This document shows, in pieces, positions 25,934 to 34,258 of a stretch of DNA of 64,000 nt. A program made the position numbers and the translations under genes. Every line of letters begins with the position of its first letter. Position 1 is the stretch's first letter. The notes below the pieces were generated by a model. The model had not been told where the DNA came from. It did not search any database and saw nothing but the letters and a program-made list of their open reading frames with translations. The stretch comes from an uncultured Pseudomonadota bacterium (GTDB lineage Bacteria > Oederibacteriota > Muellerivitia > Muellerivitales > Muellerivitaceae). Location: the NCBI GenBank assembly GCA_963836235.1, contig CAWIIP010000002.1, positions 1,728,001 through 1,792,000 of the forward strand, in the 5' to 3' direction.

Positions 25934-28453
25934 ATGAAAAAAATTCTTCTGCTTTGTTTGAGGCCGGTATTTTTGGTTTCGGCTTTAGTGGTTTTCATCC
26001 TGGTATCCGGCCCTGTGATGGCCCAAACAACTACGGAAAAAAGCCCCGCCGGTTTTTGGTTGGGGACTATCGATAAAGACGGCCTCCAGGTGATCTTCAA
26101 TATTTCGGAAAAATCCGGCCATTCCCTCGAGACGACGATCGACAGCCTGGATCAGAACGCTTTTGGCATTCCGGTCAGCCTGACCACTTTTGAAAAAGGC
26201 CATTTGCGCCTGGAAGTCCCCCTCGTGAAGGGTTCCTATGACGGGCAAATGAGCGGCGACGGCACCCGGATCGAAGGCAAATGGTTCCAAAGCCAACCCC
26301 TGGCCCTGAGCCTGAAAAAAATCTCCGCGGCCGAGAAAAAAGCCGTCGTCCAAAAAATCCTCGCTTCCCGCCATCCCGCCGTCCCCTTTCCCTTCACGGC
26401 GCAGGTGAATCAGTCCGGAAGTGTCTACCTGACCGATAACGAGCGCAAGGTCGCCTCGGCATGGCCCCTGATCTTTACGGAAGGATGGAAACCCCATCCC
26501 TTCACCCTCTCGCCGGGTGATCCCGCTTACGACGGCGTCGCGGTTTTGCCCGAAGGGGGGCGGGTGGGCCTCCAAACCAGCCTGGAAGTCCTGAAATCGG
26601 GCGTCCATGTCCACGCGGTCCTAACGGCCCTGGACCCGGTCACGGTCACCGCAGCACGGTTGAACCTGGACTTTCCCTATGACGATTGGATGGGGGCATC
26701 TTTCCAGTTGGGCGGCACCCAAGGCGCAATACCTGCGGAAAAATCCTCCAACATCATGATCGCGAACGGGGATTCGGCGACCCTTTCCATGGGCCCCGCC
26801 GCCAATTACGACGGCCTTACGGCGAATCTCGTTGCGCCCCAGCTGAGCACCATCCTTCAGGACAGCCGGCAGTGGGGCGGCTCCCTTTCCGCCATTCTCA
26901 GCCATGGCGAGACCAGCGAAAAGCTCTGGGTTTGGAAGGCCGGTGAAAAAAAGGATTTCGACTTCACCCTGACCTTCAACCGTGAGTTCGCCCTCCCGCC
27001 TACCCAGGCGCCGAAGGCCTCAAAGGATTTGTCGGGCACCTGGTGCGCGAGGGCGGGAGGCCTCCAAAATCCGAGCCGGACCGACCGGATGATGCTTCGA
27101 ATCCAAAAAGTAAAAAAAGGAAAATACGAGATCATCAGCCATGACTACGACCTTTACGGGGGCGGCCAGGACGTTTATTTGGAAAAGGCTGCCTGGAAAA
27201 AAGGAACCTTGCGCGCCGAGGGCAAGGAGGTTCTCTTAAACCTGCGCCTAGACCCTTCGGGAACCGTCTTGGAGGGAACCCTCCAGACCCATCTAGGTGA
27301 AGAAGTCGGCCAGGGCTCCAAAGACACCTCGCCTTCCCAAGGAAAAATCTATCCCATTAGCTTCCACCGGGGCTTGGAATACCTGGTGCCCCGGGTGGAC
27401 GCGCAAGGCAACCCGGTTACCCAGTACAGCTACCAGCTTCCCCAAACCCTGGCGGACGGCTGGCCGGTGGGGGATTTAAACCAAAGCCGGCTGGACTCCG
27501 CTGTCGTCGGGAAGGGCATCGGCCAAATCCTCAACCAGCGCTTTTTTCACATCGAAAGCCTGTTGGTGGTTCAAAAGGGGCAGTTGTTATTGGACGAATA
27601 TTTCCGGGGCCTGGGGCCCGATGACAACCACCAGCTTCAATCCTGCACGAAGTCCGTCCTCGCCACCCTCTTCGGGATTGCCCGGGACCAGGGCTTGGTG
27701 AAGCTGTCCGACAAGCTTTACGATTATTTCCCCGACTACCGCGCCCAGCCCGGCTGGCAGGCGGATAAAAACCGCATCACCTTGGCGAATCTCCTGAGCA
27801 TGAGTTCGGGCCTGGCCTGCGACGACTGGCTGCCGCCCGGGGACAATTGCAATAAAGGCATGTGGGGAAGCCAGGACTGGCTTTCCTACGACCTCACCCT
27901 GCCCATGGACCACGCGCCGGGGGAGCATTTCGCCTACACCACTTCCTGCATGGAACTTTTGGGGGCCATCATCGCCCGCAAGAGCGGCCTGACCATCCCG
28001 GACTTCGCGCAAAAGTACCTCTACGACCCCTTAGGCATCCAGGCCCGCCAGTGGGTGACCGGCCCCAACCAGGTTACCGAAGTGGGGGGGAGCCACTGCC
28101 TGCGGCCCCGGGACATGGCCAAGCTGGGCTATCTCTACCTGAAAAAAGGGAAATGGAACGGCCACCCAATCCTCTCGGAGGATTGGGTGGAAAGGGCTAC
28201 CCGGCCCCAGGTGCCCAATCCTAAAGAGAATCCCCGGACTTTTGAATATGGCTATTTGTGGTGGCAGGAACAGATGCCCCTCCAAAATAGAAAGGTTTCC
28301 GTTTTCTACGCCGCGGGACGGGGCGGCCAGTTTATTTTCGTGGCGCCGGATTTGGACCTGGTTTGCGTCTTGACGGCGAATAATTACGACGGTTCACAGC
28401 TTGCCAGCGAGGATTTTTTCAAGGCCTATATCCTCGGCGCGGTTAAAAATTAG
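25934..28453 (+). CDS. Exported multidomain serine hydrolase (beta-lactamase class C/PBP-like C-terminal domain)
   Basis: Signal peptide; SxxK (QSCTKS), LLSMSSGL, PGEHFAY, RPRDMAKLG, YGYLWW, GRGGQFI. Confidence 0.85.
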   Translation: MKKILLLCLRPVFLVSALVVFILVSGPVMAQTTTEKSPAGFWLGTIDKDGLQVIFNISEKSGHSLETTIDSLDQNAFGIPVSLTTFEKGHLRLEVPLVKGSYDGQMSGDGTRIEGKWFQSQPLALSLKKISAAEKKAVVQKILASRHPAVPFPFTAQVNQSGSVYLTDNERKVASAWPLIFTEGWKPHPFTLSPGDPAYDGVAVLPEGGRVGLQTSLEVLKSGVHVHAVLTALDPVTVTAARLNLDFPYDDWMGASFQLGGTQGAIPAEKSSNIMIANGDSATLSMGPAANYDGLTANLVAPQLSTILQDSRQWGGSLSAILSHGETSEKLWVWKAGEKKDFDFTLTFNREFALPPTQAPKASKDLSGTWCARAGGLQNPSRTDRMMLRIQKVKKGKYEIISHDYDLYGGGQDVYLEKAAWKKGTLRAEGKEVLLNLRLDPSGTVLEGTLQTHLGEEVGQGSKDTSPSQGKIYPISFHRGLEYLVPRVDAQGNPVTQYSYQLPQTLADGWPVGDLNQSRLDSAVVGKGIGQILNQRFFHIESLLVVQKGQLLLDEYFRGLGPDDNHQLQSCTKSVLATLFGIARDQGLVKLSDKLYDYFPDYRAQPGWQADKNRITLANLLSMSSGLACDDWLPPGDNCNKGMWGSQDWLSYDLTLPMDHAPGEHFAYTTSCMELLGAIIARKSGLTIPDFAQKYLYDPLGIQARQWVTGPNQVTEVGGSHCLRPRDMAKLGYLYLKKGKWNGHPILSEDWVERATRPQVPNPKENPRTFEYGYLWWQEQMPLQNRKVSVFYAAGRGGQFIFVAPDLDLVCVLTANNYDGSQLASEDFFKAYILGAVKN

Positions 28454-28537
28454 TTTCCGGGTATTCCGGGCCGCGCTTAGGTTTGTCAAAGGCGGAAACC
28501 CGCGTTGGACAAAGCAAGTTAGAATGGAGTTATCAGA

Positions 28538-29659
28538 ATGAGAAAAAGAAAGATTTCATCCCTCGGCCTCTTTTTGGGTACGGTTGTACTGGCCTCTTCT
28601 TATATGACGGGGTCGATCGCCCGAAGTTCCGTCCTCGTTCCGGCCAATGACCCCAACATTCAGTACTCGGGGCGGTTTGATTTTTCCGATCCCCTTGCCC
28701 CCCGTTTCGACTGGCCGGCGGTTTCCATCCCCGCCATGTTCCAGGGAACCTCCATTGGAATCCTTCTCAACGACGGCAACAACGATTTCGACCTTTTCAT
28801 CGACGGGGAGCTCCAACAAGTCATCGTGACGGACAGCGACACCCAATATACGGTGGGGGGCTTGAAACCCGGTATCCATCACCTTCTGTTGGTGAAACGC
28901 AACGAAGCTTTCAACGGGATCGCCACTTTTAAGGGACTGATGCTGGAAAAAGGGATGTCCCTTTTGAAACCGCCGTTGCCGCCATCCCGCCGGATCGAGT
29001 TCGTGGGGGATTCCCTGGCCTGTGGCGCCGAGGTTGAGGACCCCAATAAAAGCTGCGAACCTTCCCATTTCCGCCCGACCTCAAACGCCTATCTGGCCTT
29101 TGGCCCCCTGGCCGCGAGGGCCCTTAACGCGGATTACCGGGTCACTTCGGTTTCCGGAACGGGAATACTGGCGAAATTTGGGGCGGCGAATATCCCGATG
29201 CCCGGTTATTACCCACGGGTATTGGCGGGACAGGAAACACCCGTGATGGACCCCCGGCAATGGGTACCGGATGCCGTGGTGATTGAACTGGGCGGGAACG
29301 ACTGTTTTTCAGCAAACCCTCCCAGCCGGGATGACTTCGAGGGCGCCTACAAAAAATTTATCGCCGTCCTCCGGGCCGATTATCCCAAGGCCCGGATATT
29401 CTGTTTCACTTTCCGCAATTCGCCGCCCGGGACCGGCTATATCCAGGATGTCGCGGCCCAGGAAATAAAGGCGGGTGACGCCAAAGTCGGCTTGGCCGAA
29501 GCGGATTGGCCCGCGGCCCACCTCACCGGCTGCTATTTACATTTCGACCGGGTGGGCCAGCAGGAAGTGGCGGATGAGCTGGTAAAGGCGCTCCGTAACG
29601 ATATGGGGTGGGATGAAGGGAAATCCGACAACGGAGACGATATCCCCCCGCCGCCCTGA
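28538..29659 (+). CDS. SGNH esterase, carbohydrate esterase family 2-like
   Basis: Signal peptide, DPNIQYSGR N-domain, RRIEFVGDS, SGTG, LGGND, C-terminal His (GCYLH). Confidence 0.85.
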   Translation: MRKRKISSLGLFLGTVVLASSYMTGSIARSSVLVPANDPNIQYSGRFDFSDPLAPRFDWPAVSIPAMFQGTSIGILLNDGNNDFDLFIDGELQQVIVTDSDTQYTVGGLKPGIHHLLLVKRNEAFNGIATFKGLMLEKGMSLLKPPLPPSRRIEFVGDSLACGAEVEDPNKSCEPSHFRPTSNAYLAFGPLAARALNADYRVTSVSGTGILAKFGAANIPMPGYYPRVLAGQETPVMDPRQWVPDAVVIELGGNDCFSANPPSRDDFEGAYKKFIAVLRADYPKARIFCFTFRNSPPGTGYIQDVAAQEIKAGDAKVGLAEADWPAAHLTGCYLHFDRVGQQEVADELVKALRNDMGWDEGKSDNGDDIPPPP

Positions 29660-29748
29660 GGAAAGCCCTGTGTCGGACATCCCTCCTTGGGACCGGCCCC
29701 CAGGGTGTCCTGCTGTAGGCCTGTCGGAGATGGGTATTCACCCAGTCG

Positions 29749-29984
29749 AATCGTGAAGTACCCTTGCCGAATCACGAAGCAGGCACTTCGCGATTGTTTT
29801 GCGCGATTTTACCCGGCCTTTTATTGGCTTTTCTTCAAAAACCGCCTTTTGGTGAAAATTTCACTTCGCGATTCGGTTTGGCCCTTATTAGAGGTGTGGC
29901 CCGTATTTTCCAGCCTTTTATGGGCCTTTTTCTCGAATGGCTTTTCTGGAGATTCTCCAGAATTTCACTTCGCGATTTCGCGAT
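29749..29984. repeat. Array of CACTTCGCGATT direct and inverted repeats
   Basis: Exact 12-mer at 29784, 29862, 29966 (17-mer AATTTCACTTCGCGATT at 29857 and 29961); inverted variants at 29749 and 29770. Confidence 0.8.
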
Positions 29985-30015
29985 AGGCCCTGTGCTAGGT
30001 CTGCCAGGCCTATGA

Positions 30016-30045
30016 TTGAAGGGTCTGGTAGGGCGATGCTAGAAT
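30016..30045 (+). promoter_or_regulatory. Putative promoter of the TM-wHTH gene, -35 inside a palindrome
   Basis: TTGAAG-18 bp-TAGAAT with a TG extension; ATG 9 nt downstream of the -10. Confidence 0.5.
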
Positions 30046-30054
30046 GCCCCCAAT

Positions 30055-30878
30055 ATGGCTCCCAAGTTCCTGACCACCTTCAACGCCACCGTCCTCCACC
30101 TCGCTTTAAGGGCTTTCTTATTGGTCGCCAGCTTTTGGCATGGGGGCCTGATATTGTGGTCTATGGCTTATGACGCCTATATCCCGGAAGATATGGGGTT
30201 CCCCTACGGCTGGGGGAAATATTTGAGTCCCTTTGGGGCCGATTCCTCCACCTTCCGCTTTTACCTTAGCGCCCTTATCCTCAACTTGGCTTGGGACGGC
30301 TATTGGGTTTGGTCCCTCGGCGGCGGCCCCGAAAGCCGGAAGCCCGGCTATATCAAGCCGGGGATAGCGGCTTACCACCTGGGCTTTTGGGTCCTGTTGG
30401 CCGCTTTTTCCCTTTTTACCTCAAGCCAACCCTGGCGGCCTGCGCCCTGCTTTGGGCCAGCCAAAAAGTCGTCCAAGCCCTGCTCCTTCGTCGGGCCCCT
30501 AAACCCCTACCTGCTCCTATGTCGAGGCCTCAAGCCGAAACATCAGGTTTGGGTGTACCAGGTTTAAAGGTTGAAGAGCCTGGTGTGCTGAGGCCACCAG
30601 CCGAAGCACAAGATTTGGTTGTGCCAGGCCCAGAGGTTGTAAGGCCTGGCATAACCCCGGAAGCCGACCCAGAGGACGAAGTCGCATTGGAAGAGAAAAT
30701 CCTGGCCTATATCGGGCATCATGGCCAAGCCAACACCGGGGAATTGGCCAAAGCGTTAGGGGTTACCACAAGGGCTGTGAATTACTGCCAACAGAAATTG
30801 CTTTCGGAGGGCCGTTTGGAGAGAGCGGGAAAAGGTAGGGCGACGGTATATAAGTTAAGGGAAACCCCGAAGGGTTAA
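30055..30878 (+). pseudogene. Frameshifted membrane protein with Pro-rich linker and C-terminal winged HTH
   Basis: TM-rich ORF 30055..30567 continues sensibly in the -1 frame at the T5 run 30413-30417 into LKPTLAACALLW ... EEKILAYIGHHGQANTGELAKALGVTTRAVNYCQQKLLSEGRLERAGKGRATVY. Confidence 0.7.
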
Positions 30879-30997
30879 ATGTGGATGGGGTTATTAATGG
30901 TGCCAGTTTCGGGAAAGCCTCCTCGATTCTGGCAACAAAACTTTAAGATTTGACCCGGTTTTCCCTCCTTTTCACGGGCCTGGGAGATATGGGGTTT

Positions 30998-31006
30998 TGC
31001 TATAAT
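30998..31006 (+). promoter_or_regulatory. Extended -10 promoter for the small-protein/NTase pair
   Basis: TGCTATAAT 28 nt upstream of ATG31035. Confidence 0.55.
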
Positions 31007-31034
31007 GGGTTCATCTATTAAAGAGAGCACCGCG

Positions 31035-31235
31035 ATGAATCGAAAACAAATGGTTATTAAATTAGGGACCTTGTCCGAAACCGAGGACAGCCCACTGTCC
31101 CCGGCCATGACCCCCGAGCAAGGGATTGGAATGATGTGGCGCTTGGCCCTCGACACTTGGGCCTTCATGAAGGAGACCCATGCTGAATCCCGACTACAAA
31201 GACATGTTGTCCGCCTTGTCCGAGGAAAAAGCTGA
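31035..31235 (+). CDS. Small protein overlapping the nucleotidyltransferase (putative antitoxin/partner)
   Basis: MTPEQGIGMMWRL...W...ESRLQRHVVRL; 56-nt overlap with the downstream gene. Confidence 0.65.
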   Translation: MNRKQMVIKLGTLSETEDSPLSPAMTPEQGIGMMWRLALDTWAFMKETHAESRLQRHVVRLVRGKS

Positions 31236-31638
31236 GTTCCTTGTCGTCGGGGCCTACGCCCTGGCCGTCTATGGCCTCCCCCGGGCCACCGGGGATATCG
31301 ACCTCTTTATCGGTATCGATCCCGGAAACTCCCGGAAAGTTTATCAAGCCCTGAAGCGCTTTGGAGCGCCCCTTTCGGAGGCCCAACCTGAAACCTTCAC
31401 CCAACCCGGCCTTGTTTTTCAAATCGGCGTCGTTCCGAGCCGGATCGACCTTTTGACCTCTATTTCGGGAGTATCTTTTCCGGAAGCCTGGGCCCACCGC
31501 CAAATGACCCAGGTGGAAGGTTTGAATTTGCCAGTTCTATCCCTGGGCGACTTGATCCTCAACAAAATGGCCACAGGCCGGCCCAAGGACAAAGCCGATT
31601 TGGAATGGCTGAGGGCCAGGCAGAAGCAAAAACCGTAA
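31180..31638 (+). CDS. Minimal nucleotidyltransferase (DUF6036-like)
   Basis: FLVVGAYALAVYGLPRATGDIDLFI (G...DxD), RIDLL, NKMATGRPKDKADL; SD AAGGAG. Confidence 0.85.
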   Translation: MLNPDYKDMLSALSEEKAEFLVVGAYALAVYGLPRATGDIDLFIGIDPGNSRKVYQALKRFGAPLSEAQPETFTQPGLVFQIGVVPSRIDLLTSISGVSFPEAWAHRQMTQVEGLNLPVLSLGDLILNKMATGRPKDKADLEWLRARQKQKP

Positions 31639-31679
31639 ACGAAATTTTTGTTCCAATAAGTTTTTAAAAAGGAGTTTGT

Positions 31680-32061
31680 ATGGACGCTCAATTTTTATTG
31701 CCACTTATTAGTGGTCTCGGAATCGGTAGCCTTAACCACTATCGCACAATGGTATTTTCAAAAACGAAACGATGAAAAGAAACGTTCTTTCGAGGAAAAG
31801 AAAGAAGCATATGTTGGTTTTCTTGATGCGATGCATGCATTAGCGACTGAAAATTCGAACGTGAATTCTAAAAAGTATGCTCTTTGGGAAACAAGGGCGA
31901 TTTTAGTTGGTTCATCTGGAGTAATAAAGAACGCACAAGGCATGAAAGACACAGAACCGGGAACGCAAGAACGCAGCCAGTATTTTGACTCTCTGCTTGA
32001 AGAGATGAGAAAAGACCTGGAAATTGATACAAGAGAGTTGGTCTCAACGAAATTTCAATAA
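31680..32061 (+). pseudogene. Frameshifted AT-rich hypothetical protein with N-terminal TM
   Basis: SD AAGGAG + ATG31680 gives MDAQFLLPLISGLGIGSL, which continues in another frame at about 31731 as LTTIAQWYFQKR... Confidence 0.6.
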
Positions 32062-32156
32062 TTGCAACAAAGGGAATTGGCTCCTTTGTTCCGTAGGGCC
32101 TGACTAAATCAGCTTCGTAAACATGGATAAATCATTAAAGACAAGGGAATACAAAA

Positions 32157-33194
32157 ATGTCTCGATTGATTGGCGAGTTTCGTAATCCTGAAAATGGAAA
32201 AACTGTTCAAGTTTATGATGGCTTTTCTTGGCCTTGTTTATGTCTATGGTTTTTTTGGTATGCGTTTAAAGGTATGTGGGGTTGGACTATTGTTAGTTTT
32301 CTTACTTCTGGCATTGGATGGTTGCTGCTTCCTTTTTTTGCGAACAAACAGTATCGGAATCATCTTTTAAAAGAAGGTTATTTGCCTACAAGTGTTATTG
32401 GTAACGACGAAACAAAATCGGCCGACTATCGAATAAAATGCCCTCATTGCGCTGAGTTGATTAAGGCTGAATCGAAAATTTGTAGATTTTGCGGTAAGGA
32501 ATTAGACTCCGTAACAGTAGTTCAACTAGATGAAGTGGAAATATTAAAGCGACTTAAAAGATACTCCCCTGAAGAGTTTGAACAGTTTGTTTTAGAATTT
32601 CTTAAAAAGGTAGAGGACTGTACTGATGGGGAAGTTACTCAAAGAAGCCGTGATGGTGGTATCGACGGATATGTGAAAAGAGGTTCGCTAGGGTTATCCG
32701 ATATTTTGTTTCAGGCGAAAAGGTGGGAAAACAAGGTTGGTAGGCCTGAAATGAACAGCTTTGTAGGGGCGTTGCAAGGGAAGAAAGCTTCTCAAGGCGT
32801 GTTTGTTACCACGTCTTCTTTCACCAAAGATGCTAAAGAATACGCGGAACAAGTAGGCGTGAAAGTAGTTCTAATTGATGGCGAAAAGATCGCCGAATTA
32901 ATATGCCAAAAGAACTTGCAATATTTTATAAAAGAAAAGTCGATTGTTTCGGCAAATGAGGATAATAACTTTGTTCCGTTCTCAAATTTGATGGGCCAAA
33001 ACGTTGGTAGTTTTTTAGAAGAAGTATTCAAGGTTGGCAAAAATAAAAACGTAAAAATCGCAATTAAAAATATTAAGTCACTCCCACTGTGGATTAAGAT
33101 TATTTTGGGTTTACTTATTTTGGGGTTAATAGGGCACGTTATTAATCCACAACACAATAAAATAAATGAGACCACACATTCCCGCACTTATTAG
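32157..33194 (+). CDS. Membrane-anchored Mrr-like restriction endonuclease (DUF2628-like TM + Zn ribbon + Mrr_cat + TM)
   Basis: GFSWPCLCLWFFWYAFKGMWGW; CPHC...CRFC; SPEEFEQFV, SRDGGIDG, QAKRW, GVFVTTSSFT, LIDGEKI; AT-rich. Confidence 0.85.
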   Translation: MSRLIGEFRNPENGKTVQVYDGFSWPCLCLWFFWYAFKGMWGWTIVSFLTSGIGWLLLPFFANKQYRNHLLKEGYLPTSVIGNDETKSADYRIKCPHCAELIKAESKICRFCGKELDSVTVVQLDEVEILKRLKRYSPEEFEQFVLEFLKKVEDCTDGEVTQRSRDGGIDGYVKRGSLGLSDILFQAKRWENKVGRPEMNSFVGALQGKKASQGVFVTTSSFTKDAKEYAEQVGVKVVLIDGEKIAELICQKNLQYFIKEKSIVSANEDNNFVPFSNLMGQNVGSFLEEVFKVGKNKNVKIAIKNIKSLPLWIKIILGLLILGLIGHVINPQHNKINETTHSRTY

Positions 33195-33281
33195 GTAATT
33201 TTTTGTATCTTTTAAGAAGAGACCGAAGGGCCGGACCCCTTTATTTCTTATGATTACTTGATAACTCGAAAAAGGAACTTT

Positions 33282-34193
33282 GTGCCCAATCGAAAATCAT
33301 CCGACTCAAAAGCCGATGTCTTCAACCTACCCCCATCGGGCGGCGGCTTCTACTGGTTGTTTTTGTCTTTAGGAGTCATTGGGTTAGGGATTTGGTTTTT
33401 CTGTCTATGGTGTGATTGGCAAGGAAACGGTTTTGCCTCCCTTTCCAAGTTGCCCTACAGTATTTGGTTTACTGGATTTTTGGGTTTGATCCTTTACTGT
33501 TCTCTAAAGCTCAAGGGATACGGCAAAAACCAAATAGAGGTTTCCAGAGAGGGAATAACCCAGTTGGAAGGGGAAAAGAACCAGGTTTTCATTAAATGGG
33601 AAGAAATAACGGTAATAAAACCGAACAGTTTTATGAGCCGCATTACGGTATTGGACGCCACTCACGGAAAAAAGATCGTCATTAGCTATAACTATGAAAA
33701 CGTTGAGGATATGTTGACCCTCATTTTTCATGAATACATTCAAAAATTTCAACTTCCTGAATTGCCCATCAAGTATGGTATTCCGCTCGTTCCCTATGAA
33801 TTGATCTTCGCGGCAATCCTGATCTTGGTAAGTTGGGGTATTGTTTGGTTCGTGGTGATGATGCATGAAGCCCATGCTTCAATTGGGGGAATGCATTATT
33901 TATTTGTACCTTTGTTCGCGCTGGTGGCGTCCCTGTTCGGCACGCGGGCGGTGGTTTTGGACAAGCAGGCCTTAAGGCTTTATGGACCGGTCCATAAAAT
34001 GATCATTCCTTGGGGGGAACTTAGGAATTTCAGTTGGGTTATGGAACGGTCCCAATCAACGTCCTCGAAATCATTTGTCGTCACCTTAGAGACCACCAAA
34101 GGGGAGGTTTGCTACCTTCAAGGATGGGCTGGGCACCAGGTGGAAATTTTCCTATCGATTAAAAAAATCTGGAATGAGAGGCATGGTTCATAA
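33282..34193 (+). CDS. Membrane protein with two (2 TM + PH-like) modules
   Basis: Two repeats of a TM pair followed by IEVSREGI...IKWEEI and VVLDKQAL...IPWGEL; GTG start after AAAGGA. Confidence 0.65.
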   Translation: MPNRKSSDSKADVFNLPPSGGGFYWLFLSLGVIGLGIWFFCLWCDWQGNGFASLSKLPYSIWFTGFLGLILYCSLKLKGYGKNQIEVSREGITQLEGEKNQVFIKWEEITVIKPNSFMSRITVLDATHGKKIVISYNYENVEDMLTLIFHEYIQKFQLPELPIKYGIPLVPYELIFAAILILVSWGIVWFVVMMHEAHASIGGMHYLFVPLFALVASLFGTRAVVLDKQALRLYGPVHKMIIPWGELRNFSWVMERSQSTSSKSFVVTLETTKGEVCYLQGWAGHQVEIFLSIKKIWNERHGS

Positions 34194-34258
34194 TTGCGTT
34201 AAAGAGGATTCTAATATCCCTGGCTAAAGGGAATCTGCGGGGAAAGACGGAGACACGA

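Noticed and set aside
27290-27345. Second in-frame palindromic insertion, in the serine hydrolase
   Set aside because: Extra-looking peptide, but the DNA symmetry is weak and I see no similarity to the queG element
28480-28513. c-di-GMP riboswitch-like hairpin before the CE2 gene
   Set aside because: Too short and lacks the GEMM consensus elements
29749-29984. Possible CRISPR array
   Set aside because: Repeats are only 12-17 bp, unevenly spaced and in both orientations, and no cas genes are present
30405-30420. Programmed -1 ribosomal frameshift
   Set aside because: CCCTTTT is not in the X XXY YYZ register of the upstream frame; a simple indel is more parsimonious
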